Assembly: GCF_040938485.1 (NCBI RefSeq)
Contig: NW_027270904.1
Span: forward strand, 2,480,001-2,544,000
Source: Diadema antillarum
Lineage: Eukaryota
DNA length: 64,000 nt
Direction: 5' to 3'
The notes beneath the pieces are model-generated. The model was not told the DNA's origin. It did no database searches and saw nothing but the letters and a program-made list of their open reading frames with translations. The position numbers were made by a program, and so were the translations under genes. Each line of letters starts with the position of its first letter. The first letter of the stretch is position 1. Of the stretch, positions 26,701 to 38,631 are shown piece by piece.

Positions 26701-28875
26701 TACAAGGCTCCCCTTCCTTGACTTCGCATGCCACTGTAGTAAATCTCATAGATGCCTTCATCCTCAGCCACGATTGGATCAGAAAACATGAACGTGGTGT
26801 TTGTCTGTCCTGTCACGGGGTTTCCTCCATCTTTTCTCCAGACAGGGGTACCAGGAGAGCAAGCACCTGTATCTGTCATTTCGATCATCACTCCTGCGTC
26901 ACCTACATTGACCGTACGGGTGAATACCCCATCCACAGGCTCAAAGCAGGCTAAATGCACAAACATAATATAGTTTATAATACATCAATACAATATCATT
27001 AGATCTATCACACTAGTGTAATGAGGAATATTGTTTTCCTACCTGAGGCTAAATAAACAGAAATAGAGACTGTGTGTACTGCTAAAGTACTAATCATAGT
27101 GTTATTACTCTGTTAAGTCAAAATTCACATGCACATTCAAAAGAGATGTCGTCAGATGAAGGAGAAGGGAAGGTTTCAAATTTTAAAATGCTCTGAGAAT
27201 TTGAATTTCATGCAAAGCAAGACCCACGATCGTCATCAGGGCAAGCATTTTGTTGCCTTATCAATAAACAAGCCTCACTATTTATTTTTCAAAGTACGCG
27301 CATTTTCCGGTTCCATTACAGATTAGTATTTTATAACGTACAAATTCATTTTATTATGCCCAATAACATGTAAAATGTAAGAAATTTCTATGTAAGTTGC
27401 TAAACAGTTGCTAAGAATATTTTTTTCAAAATATTTTTAATCTTCAAGATTATGATCATAAAAACTCTGGCCTGAGGATTTTTTCTTTGTGTGTGTGTGT
27501 GTGTGTGTGTGTACGTATGTGTCATTTTGATAATTTTTACTGTAATAATCTTAGACAGTAAATTTCTGTTAGCTTTGTGAAAATTACACACGAAGCTCTT
27601 GACCACCTTTAGTATGAATACATGTATTCAAGATTGGACCACCTTATATACATGATCTACGAGGTAAGGCTAATGGAAATCATGTTTGTAGCATTATTGA
27701 TGACATTAATTGCAAAAGTGATCAGCACGTAGTTTAATCACTAGACTGGTTTTAGAAAGGTAACACTTTTCTTTTATGTTCACCCACTGATGCCCCAATA
27801 TTTGTAATTTTGTCTAAACTAATTCGTTTGCCCTAAATTTTCATTTTTCCTTCTTATCGATCTGAATAATGTGTTTCAAGGGCGAAATGGACCAGTTCAA
27901 CATGTTAAAGATTGTTAAATGAAAGAGAGAGGTAACTTCTTGGCTACTTCATCTGAAATCATAGTTATGAGCTCATCTTGCAATATACGGATTTTGATGA
28001 TTGCCGTCAGGGATTTATATTAGGAGTTTATAGTTTATCCTATGATTAAATGGAGGACAAAGTGGATGATTTGAAGACTGGTTAAACCTATCCATTAGCG
28101 GATCCAGAAATTCCTTGAAGACGGGGAGCATTTAAAAACTATAGGGGGCGCACGCACCACACCCCGGAAGTTTTTATCTATTTATTTTTTTGTTGTTGTT
28201 CTAAGCAAAACAAAACAACAAAACAAAACAAAACAAAACAAAAAGTGCCGGAGCGCCCGCTGCTCCCCCGCCTTGATCCGCCACTGTTACGATACGATAA
28301 TACATTTCCGTCTTTGCCCAGCAGCTGTTGATAGCATTTATTTTGTATGAAGTTCTTTCTTTTTATTATTGGTCGGCATAGGAAAAGGGATACCTGCAAA
28401 ACAGTTTCTAAGCTTAAATCTAATTGGCCGTTGTTATCATATAGTTGTCGTTATTCTCAACAAAGACTCCTCATCATGGAGTTAGATGTACCTGATGTAA
28501 GCTATTCTTACAAGTTTGATTGTGTATATTGTCATGGGAGTACAAGGCATTGTTTTGTTATCATACCGTCACTTCGTTTGAAGAATGATGATATCGTCTG
28601 GTCGTCAAAGCCTTCTTGTGAACCAAGGCAGTAAAATGCTCCGAATCCCTCCACATCCCACTCAGAAGTGGGTGGAAAAATTACACGTCTGCCACCATAA
28701 GCAAGATTGCTAGCTGAAGGTGGCTCAGGTGAAGTGTCACTGGGGATTGGTGCTGTCCTGCCAAAGTCACGGGAGGCTGATGAGGATGGAGAGCTTCGAA
28801 AGCAAAGCATCTGAGAAGTTGCACTCTCAATGTTTGAAAATCCAACTGAAATCACAGTGATGTGGACCCGCTCAC
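1..28875 (-). CDS. Spliced mosaic extracellular protein, partial at both ends: TIE-like Ig-Ig-EGFx5-Ig-FN3 (copy A) + PTS mucin + NIDO + AMOP + VWD, about 2,630 aa in window
   Basis: 19 exons join in one frame with canonical AG/GT sites: 28567-28875, 26684-26950, 26205-26339, 20925-21089, 20369-20518, 19028-19183, 18177-18308, 16787-17071, 16189-16497, 11359-15714, 9532-9680, 8971-9123, 6009-6152, 5172-5574, 4008-4217, 2990-3109, 2018-2226, 830-917, <1-149. Phases are compatible at every junction. Confidence 0.8.
830..917 (-). CDS. VWD-domain exon (VELLLNDERNAISILINGTQNVSDDAIIQ)
   Basis: AG/GT boundaries, 88 nt, phase 0 to 1; the VE.L...ING pattern expected in VWD. Confidence 0.75.
1217..1583. 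mobile_element. TTAA-flanked MITE (Kolobok-like), family 1
   Basis: ttaaagg...cctttaa ends; internal sequence recurs at 19351-19724 and 33142-33507. Confidence 0.7.
2018..2226 (-). CDS. VWD-domain first exon (FTWGDPHISTLDGNMYTFNGLGEY...)
   Basis: WGDPH..T.DG..YTFNG.GEY motif of MUC4/SUSD2/Mesh-type VWD; AG/GT boundaries. Confidence 0.9.
2990..3109 (-). CDS. AMOP C-terminal exon (DADILPLYYC...YDERRKPVTCNDYNPPLQ)
   Basis: Not in the ORF track; 120 nt, phase 1-1; Y..RR.P.TC..Y.PP motif preceding GDPH. Confidence 0.85.
4008..4217 (-). CDS. AMOP exon (DAEDETLCFQRWRG...GPGVRCYYDRST)
   Basis: 210 nt, phase 1-1, AG/GT; G..CxY motif. Confidence 0.8.
4727..5016. mobile_element. Small foldback-type element with about 17-bp subrepeats (GAAGGTTCGTTATTCC) in inverted arms
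   Basis: Left arm repeats ...ccgaaggttcgtt... and right arm repeats ...aacgaaccttcgg...; boundaries approximate. Confidence 0.65.
5172..5574 (-). CDS. NIDO end / AMOP start exon (VNTFQAIIGTNG...CMDWY...CPCSLLQAVFDWRF)
   Basis: NTFQ NIDO motif and C..WY...CPC...QA..D.RF AMOP motif; 403 nt, phase 0 to 1. Confidence 0.9.
6009..6152 (-). CDS. NIDO exon (EYVGNLSAVQQVLQ...KVTFVNFRPAVSASDDE)
   Basis: 144 nt, phase 0-0, AG/GT; splices directly to VNTFQ. Confidence 0.8.
7182..7829. mobile_element. TTAA-type MITE with long imperfect TIRs (Kolobok-like), family 2
   Basis: ttaaaggaaaccaaaacccaaagagcaat... versus ...attgttctttgggtttcggtttcctctaa; the inverted match extends about 100 bp. Confidence 0.7.
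7956..8048. repeat. (AT)n microsatellite
   Basis: Visible directly; similar tracts near 5015-5060, 8727-8790, 16080-16140 and 33665-33705. Confidence 0.95.
8971..9123 (-). CDS. NIDO exon (ITSSGALVFSN...QIYYK)
   Basis: 153 nt, phase 0-0; equivalent to the NIDO I..NG.ISF and V.Y segments. Confidence 0.8.
9532..9680 (-). CDS. NIDO first exon (GSFYLDYGPGEEDL...FSYVR)
   Basis: Not in the ORF track; 149 nt, phase 1 to 0, gtgagt donor; YG...D motif. Confidence 0.8.
9869..10974 (+). mobile_element. Solo LTR (Ty3/Gypsy-like), 1,106 bp
   Basis: TGTCAC...GTAACA ends, 4-bp TSD ATAC on both sides, TATATAA at 10314-20, AATAAA at 10904-09, no internal ORFs. Confidence 0.8.
11359..15714 (-). CDS. Giant mucin-like PTS exon, 1,452 codons of pentapeptide repeats (PTxEG / PTPER / PTTVG)
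   Basis: Stop-free 4,356 nt; acag acceptor at 15715-16 and gtaag donor at 11357-58; phase 1-1 joins FN3 to NIDO. Confidence 0.9.
16189..16497 (-). CDS. Copy A FN3 exon (TIE-type, ...VAAVREGPGGTGP)
   Basis: 309 nt, phase 1-1; W...Y...L.GL.P.TEY.V.V FN3 pattern. Confidence 0.9.
16787..17071 (-). CDS. Copy A Ig3 exon
   Basis: 285 nt, phase 1-1; FTC...GEYEC Ig cysteine pair. Confidence 0.85.
17125..17677. mobile_element. PIF/Harbinger-like MITE, present only in copy A
   Basis: TIR AG(C/G)(C/G)CTTTTTACACTTG and TTA TSD; empty site in B (about 31478) and C (about 41331). Confidence 0.75.
18177..18308 (-). CDS. Copy A EGF/laminin-EGF exon 5
   Basis: 132 nt, phase 1-1; ECQGAFYGLGCVESCPC...C. Confidence 0.85.
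19028..19183 (-). CDS. Copy A EGF exon 4
   Basis: 156 nt, phase 1-1; CDDGYYGTDCTDKCHC... Confidence 0.85.
19351..19724. mobile_element. TTAA-flanked MITE, family 1 (copy A)
   Basis: TTAA at both ends; absent at the homologous site in C (single TTAA near 42996). Confidence 0.75.
20369..20518 (-). CDS. Copy A EGF exon 3
   Basis: 150 nt, phase 1-1; DCSSGTYGAGCSQTCHCQSG... Confidence 0.85.
20925..21089 (-). CDS. Copy A EGF exon 2 (TIE signature FCLPDPFGCSC)
   Basis: 165 nt, phase 1-1; CLPDP[YF]GCSC is characteristic of TIE1/TEK EGF2. Confidence 0.9.
21889..23270 (+). mobile_element. 5'-truncated CR1/L2-like LINE RT fragment, frameshifted
   Basis: YRPISLL, KAFDT, GVPQGSLLGP and FADDT motifs across three ORFs; absent from the homologous intron of B. 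Confidence 0.9.
23359..23723. mobile_element. Complete TTAA-flanked MITE with about 155-bp TIRs, family 3
   Basis: ttaaaggggaaggctagtaactgatcagtggg...cccactgatcagttactagccttcccctttaa. Confidence 0.85.
24280..26045 (+). mobile_element. Second 5'-truncated CR1/L2-like LINE RT fragment with (AATGA)n-type tail
   Basis: YRPISIL, KAFDTVDH, GVPQGSNLGP and YADDT motifs; frameshift at the poly-A run near 25100. Confidence 0.9.
26205..26339 (-). CDS. Copy A EGF exon 1 (CPAGKWGPPYC...CYNGGICDDETGRCIC)
   Basis: 135 nt, phase 1-1; matches the TIE EGF1 pattern. Confidence 0.9.
26684..26950 (-). CDS. Copy A Ig2 exon (T.TVNVGD...WRKDG...DEGIY...LIVR)
   Basis: 267 nt, phase 1-1; TIE Ig2-like. Confidence 0.9.
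28093..28287. mobile_element. Short TIR element (GCGGATCCA...GATCCGC) with (AAAAC)n core, shared by all three copies
   Basis: Inverted ends; paralogs near 37836-38038 and 52776-52986, so it predates the duplications. No TSD identified. Confidence 0.5.
28567..28875 (-). CDS. Copy A Ig1 exon (TIE N-terminal Ig-like, GAFYC)
   Basis: 309 nt, phase 1-1, ccag acceptor and gtatg donor. Confidence 0.85.
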
Positions 28876-29550
28876 CTGGATATGGACAAATTACATACAT
28901 GAAGGAGGGTTTTAATCTCGGGGGGAAAAAAATCGAAAAACTACCGCTTAAATATTCACCCATGTTACACAGCATTTAGACAATACATCATAATATGTAC
29001 TGACCGCCTCAACATTTCTACATTGCTAAAATTGTCAAGTTAAATTCTGTCACTTCAAAACCTTCAAATCGTAAGAGCATGCCTACTGCTTCAGAGAAAT
29101 TAAGATTTATAATGATTATATGATTATTTCTTATTGAAAGCATTGAAACAGATGAAAAAAATGGTAACTCTAGGCAGAAACTTGTTCAGGTGATATGGCA
29201 TCACTCAGCCCCTAATAATAAGATATCATACAAATCATGTTTGGTCAATATCATTGAGGAACTAAAATCCTTTCAAGGTCATCATTACTCGATAATCACA
29301 GCATAACAAAAATACAAACTCTTTCTAAAAATTGTTTTATGTCAAACACAACATATCACTTTATCTAATTAACATAATCGTGTGCTTCATACTCATATCA
29401 TTGTTTTAATAGAAATACGCGAAATTTCTCAGTTTAATGATGTTCTTATTGTACGTCTGACTTATGTAATACTTGTGTATTTCTATTGGATTTGCTCTAT
29501 TTTTGAAAGGCTACCTATGGTGAGGCAGTGTACGACTCCCCGCAACATAA

Positions 29551-29710
29551 AGGGGATGGCTAGTAACTGATCAGTGGGAATCGGTGGAAATGCTGGGGGG
29601 GGGGGGGTGAATATTCCATTCTTGTGCATGGGATTCATTTGAGAGTACATTATACACTGTATATCTATTGTTGTGTGAAAATTATTTGCTTCAGAATGGT
29701 CTCATATTCA
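29551..29710. mobile_element. Single arm of MITE family 3 at the B/A junction
   Basis: Matches 23363-23515 and is joined directly to the truncated mucin exon. Confidence 0.8.
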
Positions 29711-30066
29711 TTATGTCGGTTCTTCTGCTGCTGGCCTTTCTGTTGTTTTACCCACTGTCGTTGGCCTTTCAGGAGTGGCTCCTTCAGTTGTCGGTTCTTC
29801 TGTTGTTGGCCTTTCAGGAGTTGGTCCTTCTGTTGTTGACCCTTCCACTGTTGGTCCTTCTGCTGTTGGCCTTTCCGGAGTTGGTCCTTCTGCTGTCGGC
29901 CCTTCCACTGTTGGTTCTTCTCTCGTTGGTCCTTCTGCTGTTGGCATTTCTGTTGTTGTACCCACTGTTGTTGGCCTTTCAGGAGTGGGTCCTTCTGCTG
30001 TCGGCCCTTCCATTGTCTGTCCTCTTGTTGGTCCTTCTGTTGTTGGCTTTTCTGTTGTTGACCCCC
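29711..30066 (-). CDS. Copy B short mucin exon, terminating ...PAAEEPT*
   Basis: Same acceptor as the giant exon; TAA at 29711-13 abuts a MITE arm. Confidence 0.7.
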
Positions 30067-33000
30067 CTGTTTTTAAAATCAATCCAAGTTTTACACTTTG
30101 AGGAGCTGTTACTCATAACATGTCAATGACACTTTGTTGGCTTTGATTTTCTATTCTTTTATACTTTGATATCTTCCTCATTATAACAAGTTATTGTAAA
30201 TGGTAATTTCGTCGGTCTTATGAAGGTTTAGTGCTACCCAAATATTTTGGAATGAAGTATAAAAGATAAATGCATTTCTGAATACATTAATTTTGTAGTA
30301 ATTTCTGAAATATGTCAAATGATATAGATAGAAATCATAAGTATGGCATCATTCTTGTTATCTCTGTATTTCTAAATTTGCCAACACGCAGCAGCTTATA
30401 CCAAATTATATATAGATATACATAGATACATAAATATGTATATTTATAATATACATATGTAATATATATATACATATATATATATATATACACATATATC
30501 TGAAGCAATAAATTGGCAAATCAAGATATTCCTGACCACATGATCTTACTTGCACTCATGGTCACTCCTGAGGATGAGTTAGACCTCGGTCCTGTTCCTC
30601 CTGGACCCTCCCTGACCGCTGCTACACTGACCTCGTATTCAGTGTCTGGATTCAGACCAGGCAATGTAGCAGATGTCGTTGAGGCAAATACCTTTGGTCC
30701 AGTAATCCATTTTTCATCAGGAAGCCTGTAATACGTGATGTATTCTGTGAGGGGTGGGTCTCCAACACCTGTCTGCTCACTCCAAGCCACCCACTCAATG
30801 GTAAGAGAGGTGGATGTTGATGCAGTAACTACTGGAGCAGCTTCAATTACAGGCAGAACTATGAAAGAAATATCGCAAAACAAGAAAGGGAATTACACAA
30901 AACACCGATTTCGACCCATATCGGACCAGATTGGGTGCTAGTGCGTGATCGTGCCCTGGACTGATATGGGCTGAGAACTACACATCCTACCATGCTCATG
31001 TACATGCACATTGTATAAAGGCTATCTCGTCTATACATAAATGCAACTTGTAAAAAGTTGCTACAGCTCTATCATAATATACAGAAATCCCGAAGTTCAT
31101 TAAAAACTTATCATACTGATATTTCAGAACATTCCTCTTACCGTATGTGACTGCAGAGACACTGAGGCTCGCCCGGTTTTTATATAGGGCACATACATAT
31201 TCTCCAGAAGTCACTCGATCAACTGAGAATACTACCAAACGCCTATCTCCAGACGCATTCAGAGAACTCTGATTTTGACTGATACCAGAGTAATTTGGCA
31301 CACCATCCGTGAGTTGGTAGAAACTGACATCTGTTACGTTAGCTGGTGGATCTCCTTCAACAACACAGGTGAATGATGAAGGCTGGTTTGGATTAACTCT
31401 GACATTCACATAGAGGGCGTAGATTCCTGAAAGGAAATAAAAGTGTTACATTCACATGACAGCTACTCCTACTCTCTTGGTACATCAATTTTAAACACAT
31501 TTTCTTCATATTTTTGTGCCAACTGTTTCATTTCGACAGTAATCTGAGAACATTTACACGTTTCCATACAATATAATACGTGAGGAAATTTTTACAGCGA
31601 CATTTTAGAACACTCATGCGATTCTGCAACATGAATAATAATAATAATGACAATGATAGTTGCAAATATCATGCTACTACTGCACTACTTCTACTTATAC
31701 TATTAATAATGAGAATAGTAACAACAATGGTTATGTGAGACACTAAAACAATGATTTGGTCCTATTACCCACGGAGGCCTATTTAGTGTCGTCATTGCTG
31801 CACTAGATGGCGCAACCATATCTGACTATGCTGATATTTCCAGGAACCTTGTTGAGATACCTGCTTCAAGACAGACGAAGAACATGCTCAAGAATGACTA
31901 CACTAGGATGGATTCGAAAGCTCCACAATGGTGGTCTAATTAAAACTACTTCAAGTGTTGCACTCCCTACATTACCTTCTTGGCAGTCTCTCTCCACCCA
32001 GTTTGGTAGACACTGTCCTCTACAGATTCCCGACACTTTGTCACAAGTGCTTTCATCACAGGGGCATGGCTCCACACACCCAAGGCCATAGAACGCTCCT
32101 TGGCATTCTGTTAGATTATGCAGGGAAATAAAGACTGATCAACTAGTGTCAATTACTTGCATAAAATTATCACAGCTAAAGAAAGAAACGTTGTACCGTG
32201 AGTAAATTTCCAAACAGTGATGGATTGACTACTCTTCCTATTTGAAAATAAGTCTCGCACATATCAAATGCATACCTGTGTCCAGTGTCACTTTATTCAC
32301 TCATTATATTTTAATATCTTTCTTACGGTTTTCGTATAAAGCCGTGACAATGAAGAGATCAGTTACATGGCCGTCATAAGTAATGTGCAAAGGGGAAAAA
32401 TAAGATCAAAACAAGACAACTGCTTAAAAAGTAGAATCGACTAAATTCAGCTTATTTACTTCTTCCCCAGAGGATATGCGTATCAAATTTATGGTGGGAA
32501 GAAGCAAGGTATTAAATATGTAAAAAACTGACAAAAGAAGATTTTCATCGCAAAATGGGCTTATTGCTATTTTTAGGCAAATCCATCGTCAAATAGAGCG
32601 AAAAAAACTTCTGCAGTGATAAATTCATAAAGTTAGAGTAAGGGATATCCCGTATTTTCTTTTAAATCTCGTTGTTTTCTGCAGATTTGATCGCAAAAAT
32701 CTCAACTTAACGAAAATTGAGTTAGGTCGTTGTACGATGAAACTCTTGAAATGTATTTAAAAATGGATCACGTGACTAGAGAGAGTTACATGAACTAAGA
32801 CAATTTAGTATACTATTACCCTGACAGTGAACGTCATCATCATAGATGTTGAAATAGAGGGCGCACCGCTGATTCGGACACTCTCCTGTTATCTTGTCAC
32901 ATGGTGCGTCATCCAAACAATGACATTTATCTGTACAGTCAGTTCCGTAGTAGCCGTCATCACACGTGTCTGAGACTGGAAAATGTATGAACAAATAGGG

Positions 33001-36000
33001 CATAGAATATCAATTTTATATTTTGTGTTACTTGTCTTTCTTTCTTTTGGGGGTAAAGAATCTGGCAAAATCACCTATTGAGCAAGTTATGTTGTCAAAA
33101 GATAGCTGAATAACTCATGAAATGTACGACCGTTCCTGTACTTAAAGGTCCTGCTTACCCTTGTGAGCAGTGGAAAAATTCATGATATCACATTTGATGC
33201 ATATGTGTAGGTCCGTTGTATCAGAAAACATCCTACCATATAAAATATTTGCAATAAAGCATAAAATATAAGGAGATATCAGTGTTTTTTTCTCATTAAA
33301 CCGTAAATGTAGATGGTTTGGTCTTGAAACATTTTTATTATAACTATTGTTCACAATATTTATCTAACAGTAATCAATATCGATTATACGGATTCAAATT
33401 TCAACAGTGGTTGTTTCTAGCCATAACTTACATTTCAGATTCATTTTAAAGCATCAATGCTGGGTTTTTGTTTCTTCTGCATATGGTAAATAATTATTAT
33501 GCCTTAAAGCGTTGAAGAAAATAGTGACGTGATTCTTTATGATCTGATGATCTTTGGACATGAACAGAGATATGGTACATGTATTTCACATCATTTTTTT
33601 CATTTCCGCCAAAATTTCGATGTTTCCTGTAAAGCTGATTTCCCATGGTGAAAAATAGGAACGATATATACATATATTTGTACATATATATATATATATA
33701 TATGTATAGCCTCATCCAGAGGGCCTTTAATATCAATTTCTACTTCTTAATATCCATTCATGTGGTTTTGATTATATTTGATCTTTAAGGTTCAGTAAAA
33801 AAAATTCACTCTGCAGGACACCAAAACTTTTAGTAGCGATCATTCATTAGTTCCTATAAAAAGTTCATTTTTTATTGAATATATATTTTTTATCAAATAA
33901 ACATTAAAGACAACTATCAGAGTGGAAATACGGCCAAACACATCACTTTCTACGTAGGTTGATATTGTTGCAACTTTCATGGAGCGGTAGTTGATTTCTC
34001 TATTTATTCTTATGAGTTGTTTTTTTTAACGTATTTAGTTTACTTGTTTATTTCTGTCAACATGGATGTAATATAGCATGGTTGAAAAAATACTTTACTA
34101 TTATTTTTTATTTTTCATTTTTCATTTTATTCTATCTAAACTGTATATATATTGATGACACTGGAAATGAAGGAAGGGGAGGTTTCAATACTCACTTTGA
34201 CAATTTTCCCCGGACCAGGTTGTCTGACAGTCTGTTATAGGTGTTCCCGAAGAGGCTACACAGACTCCAGAATATCTGTTACATAGCCCAGACTGACAGT
34301 GACATGTTTGACTGCACCCAGCTCCATACGTTCCGCTGCTACAATCTTTGTAAAGTAAGAGGAAAAGAGGTGAACAACAACAACAACAAAGTCCTAAAAG
34401 TTCTCAAATAAAAAAAATCATTATTATATGGGATCTTCTGTATCTTTCGAGTTGATTGTAACCTTTTTATTTTGAAATATGTCACATGAGAAATGGCTCG
34501 ATATCAGTAATTGAATTGTGTTATCAAATTCAATTAATCCTTGTCTATTCATAGATTACTATGATGGTTCACTATCGTTGTATACTCTATTCAATTCACA
34601 TTGTCTTGTTTACATTATTGTTTGTTATAAAAGAAAGTGAAATGTATGTTGTCTGTCAAAAAATGAAAATAAATTTGAATCGAATTGAATTTGATAAATC
34701 AAAGTTTGCTGACTGCAGTCTTCAATAGACTCACATGACAATGTTTTTTTACCTGTATCACAGTTGATTCCTTGTCTTCCTGTGTCACAAGAACACCCAA
34801 AGGGATCAGACAGGCAGAACTGAAAAGGACTACAGGTGTCAGCTGGATCATTGTTATTGTATGTACATCTGAACTCACAGTTTGGTCCAAATCGATTTCC
34901 TCCATTGACTCTACAGACTAAAGAAGAAACCAAAAGCACACCAATATACATGATATATTTCAAACACGTGTTTATAACTATTGATTGAATCAATGAAATA
35001 CTGATTTAAAACAAAAATTTTCTGACTTGTGTATTCATAGACCATACATGCATTCCCTAAACTGAATCAAATATTTCCAGGAACATCCAATGCTGTTGGA
35101 TCCAGTTTACATATATTGCTTTTAGGGTACCCGCCTACTATCTCTATCTCTACTAGCTCCAAAATTACTGAAGTGCAGTAACATGCAGTAGAATCAATTC
35201 ATTGAGGAAACAAATTCTGACAACTGGCCGGTCAACGTTAGATCCCTTACCGTGAAAATGACTGTCATTACTTTGTCTAATTCTAACGAAATTATCATGG
35301 TTATTTTTCTTTATTTCATTCTTTCTGTCACAGCAAAAGTAAAACTAACCGTTAAATTTGCATCGCTTTAGAAAGACAGTTTGATTATTAATTAAGAAAT
35401 GACCTGTATATCCCTTTACGGCTACAGTTTCTTCAAGATTACATACCTTCCGTGCAATATCAAGCATTTATTTTGAAGAGCTTTATCATAAAACGAGCTA
35501 ACTCCATTCCTGTTAAGTTGAGATATTTGTCATTGAAGCTGCTAAAAAACACATAAAATGATAAGATAATAAAGAATATTTTTAATCATAATTTCTAGAA
35601 TATTCCTTGTCACGTAACAAGTGAGGTATTACAGGGAAGGTTTCATTTTGCTGATGATGGACTTACTTTGAAGTGTTTGAAAATGGCGCCTAGCTCATTT
35701 TGCAGTAGAACTCTTCATATATATATATATATATATATATACATTTCATTTCAACTAGGTGTATATTATTTGCGAGGTGAGACACCTCCCTGATGCTGTA
35801 TACCTACTCTCCAAACAGTTTGGTCCTCTAAAATTATTTGGACATATACACCTGCCAGTCTCATCATCACAAACTCCACCATTGTAGCATTTGTCACATA
35901 TTCTGATGCAGTAAGGTGGACCCCATCTACCAGCTGGACAATCTACAAACATAAAAAGAAATATGTATATTGCATCCGATTGAATTTTATGGTAGAAAAC

Positions 36001-38631
36001 AAAATAAGACACAAAATATACGGTATCCCTACTATATCACGAAGGGTAATGAAGTTCATAACATACCACGTACAACTCTTATCTAAGCAATGACCTTCAA
36101 AACCTTCTGAGGGGCACAGGTTATCATTTGATATTTGAATGAATGTTCAAATGCAGTGATGTTAAATTCAACCCATGCACAGCAGCGGACGTAGTTAAGA
36201 AAATTAAGATATAAACTTTGTGCACTTATAGCTTTCTGTTTTGTTGCTTGATATCAACTCTACATCATAACATCTATAGCTCTTGCTCCAGTGACTTACC
36301 TCGAACAATCAATTTGTACAAGGCTCCCCTTCCTTGACTTCGCATGCCACTGTAGTAAATCTCATAGATGCCTTCATCCTCAGCCACGATTGGATCAGAA
36401 AACATGAACGTGGTGTTTGTCTGTCCTGTCACGGGGTCTCCTCCATCTTTTCTCCACACAGGGGTACCAGGAGAGCAAGCACCTGTATCTGTCATTTCGA
36501 TCATCACTCCTGCGTCACCTACATTGACCGTACGGGTGAATACCCCATCCACAGGCTCAAAGCAGGCTAAATGCACAAACATAATATAGTTTATAATACA
36601 TCAATACAATATCATTAGATCTATCACACTAGTGTAATGAGGAATATTGTTTTCCTACCTGAGGCTAAATAAACAGAAATACAGACTGTGTGTACTGCTG
36701 AAGTACTGATCATAATGTTATTTCACTGTTAAGTCAAAATTCACATGCACATTCAAATCAGATGTCATCAGATGTAGGAGAAGGGAAGGTTTCAAATTCT
36801 AAAATGCTCTGAGAATTTGAATTTCATGCAAAGCAAGACCCACGATCGTCATCAGGGCAGGCACTTTGTTGTCTTATCAATAAAAAAGCCTCACTATCTA
36901 TTTTTCAAAATAAGCGCATTTTCCGATTCCACTACAGATGAGTATTTTATAACGTACAAATTAATTTTATTATCACTTTCTATTGTTATGCCCAATAACA
37001 TGTAAAATGTAAGGAACTTCTATGTAAGTTGCTAAGTAGTTGCTAAGAATATTTTTTTTCACCATATTTCTAATCTTCAAGATTATGATCATAAAAACTC
37101 TGGCCTGAAGATTTGTGTGTGTGTGTGTGTGTGTGCGTGTGTGTGTGCATGTGTCATTTTGATCATTTTTACTGTAATAATCTTAGACAGTAAATTCCTG
37201 TTAAGCTTTGTGAAAATAACAGACGAAGCTTTTGACCACCTTAAGTATGAATACATGTATTCAAGATTGGACCATCTACATAGTCTACGAGGTAAGGCTA
37301 ATGGAAATCATTTTTGTAGCATTATTGATGACCATAATTGTAAAAGTGACCAGCATGTGAGTCTAATCACTAGAGTGGTTTCAAAAGGTAACACTTTTCT
37401 TTTATGTTCGCCCACTGATGCCCCAATATTTGTAATTTTGTCTAAACTAATTCGTTTGCCTCAAATTTTCCTTTTTCTTTCTTAAATTCTTCGATCTGAA
37501 TGATGTGTTTTAAGGGCGAAATGGACCAGTTCAACATGTTAAAGATTGTTAAATGAAAGAGAGAGGTAACTTCCCATAAACACACAAAATGTACTTCACA
37601 ATGTATTTGATGTATTTGATGGAACAAGTGATACATTAGCTATATAGATAACGGGCAGGAGTGTTGGCTACTTCATCTGAAATCATAGTTATAAGCTAAT
37701 CTTGCAATATACGGATTTTGATGGTTGCCGTCAGGGATTTATATTAGGAGTTTATAGTTTATCCTATGATTAAATGGAGGACAAAGTGGATGATTTGAAG
37801 ACTAGTTGCCAACCTACCTAAACCTATGAAATCCATTTGCGGATCCAGAAATTCCTTAAAGACGGGAGCATTTAAAAACTATAGGGGGCTCACGCACCAC
37901 ACCCCGGAAAGTTTTTATTTATTTTTTCTTGTTTTGTTTTAAGCAAAAAAACAACAACAAACAAACAAACAAACAAACAAACAAAACAAAACAAAAAACG
38001 CCGGAGCGCCTGCTGCTCCCCGCCTTGATCCGCCACTGTTACGATACGATAATACATTTCCGTCTTTGCCCAGCAGCTGTTGATAGCATTTATTTTGTAT
38101 GAAGTTCTTTCTTTTTATTATTGGTCGGCATAGGAAAAGGGATACCTGCAAAACAGTTTCTAAGCTTAAATCTAATTGGCCGTTGTTATCATATAGCTGT
38201 CGTTATTCTCAACAAAGACTCCTCATCATGGAGTTAGAAGTACCTGATGTAAGCTATATATTCTTACAAGTTTGATTGTGTATATTGTCATGTGAGTACA
38301 AGGCATTGTTTTGTTATCATACCGTCACTTCGTTTGAAGAATGATGATATCGTCTGGTCGTCAAAGCCTTCTTGTGAACCAAGGCAGTAAAATGCTCCGA
38401 ATCCCTCCACTTCCCAGTCAGAAGTGGGTAGAAATTGTATGCGTCTGACATTTGTAAAAGAGATGACTGCTGAAGGTGGTTCAGGTGAAGTGTCACTGGG
38501 GATTGGTGCTGTCCTGCCAAAGTCACGGGAGGCGGCTGAGGATGGAGAGCTTCGAAAGCAGAGCATCTGAGAAGTTGCACTCTCAATGTTTGAAAATCCA
38601 ACTGAAAGCACAGTGATGTGGACCCGCTCAC
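29711..38631 (-). CDS. Copy B: TIE-like Ig-Ig-EGFx5-Ig-FN3 cassette + short mucin exon ending in TAA
   Basis: Exons 38323-38631, 36300-36566, 35808-35942, 34753-34917, 34196-34345, 32820-32975, 31976-32107, 31142-31426, 30550-30858, 29711-30066. Frames and splice sites are intact and the nine cassette exon lengths equal copy A. Confidence 0.8.
33142..33507. mobile_element. TTAA-flanked MITE, family 1 (copy B)
   Basis: Same intronic position as 19351-19724. Confidence 0.75.

Noticed and set aside
28876-29546. Candidate leader ORFs (e.g. MPYHLNKFLPRV, MLLRFEG)
   Set aside because: They lack a hydrophobic core and a suitable phase-1 donor.
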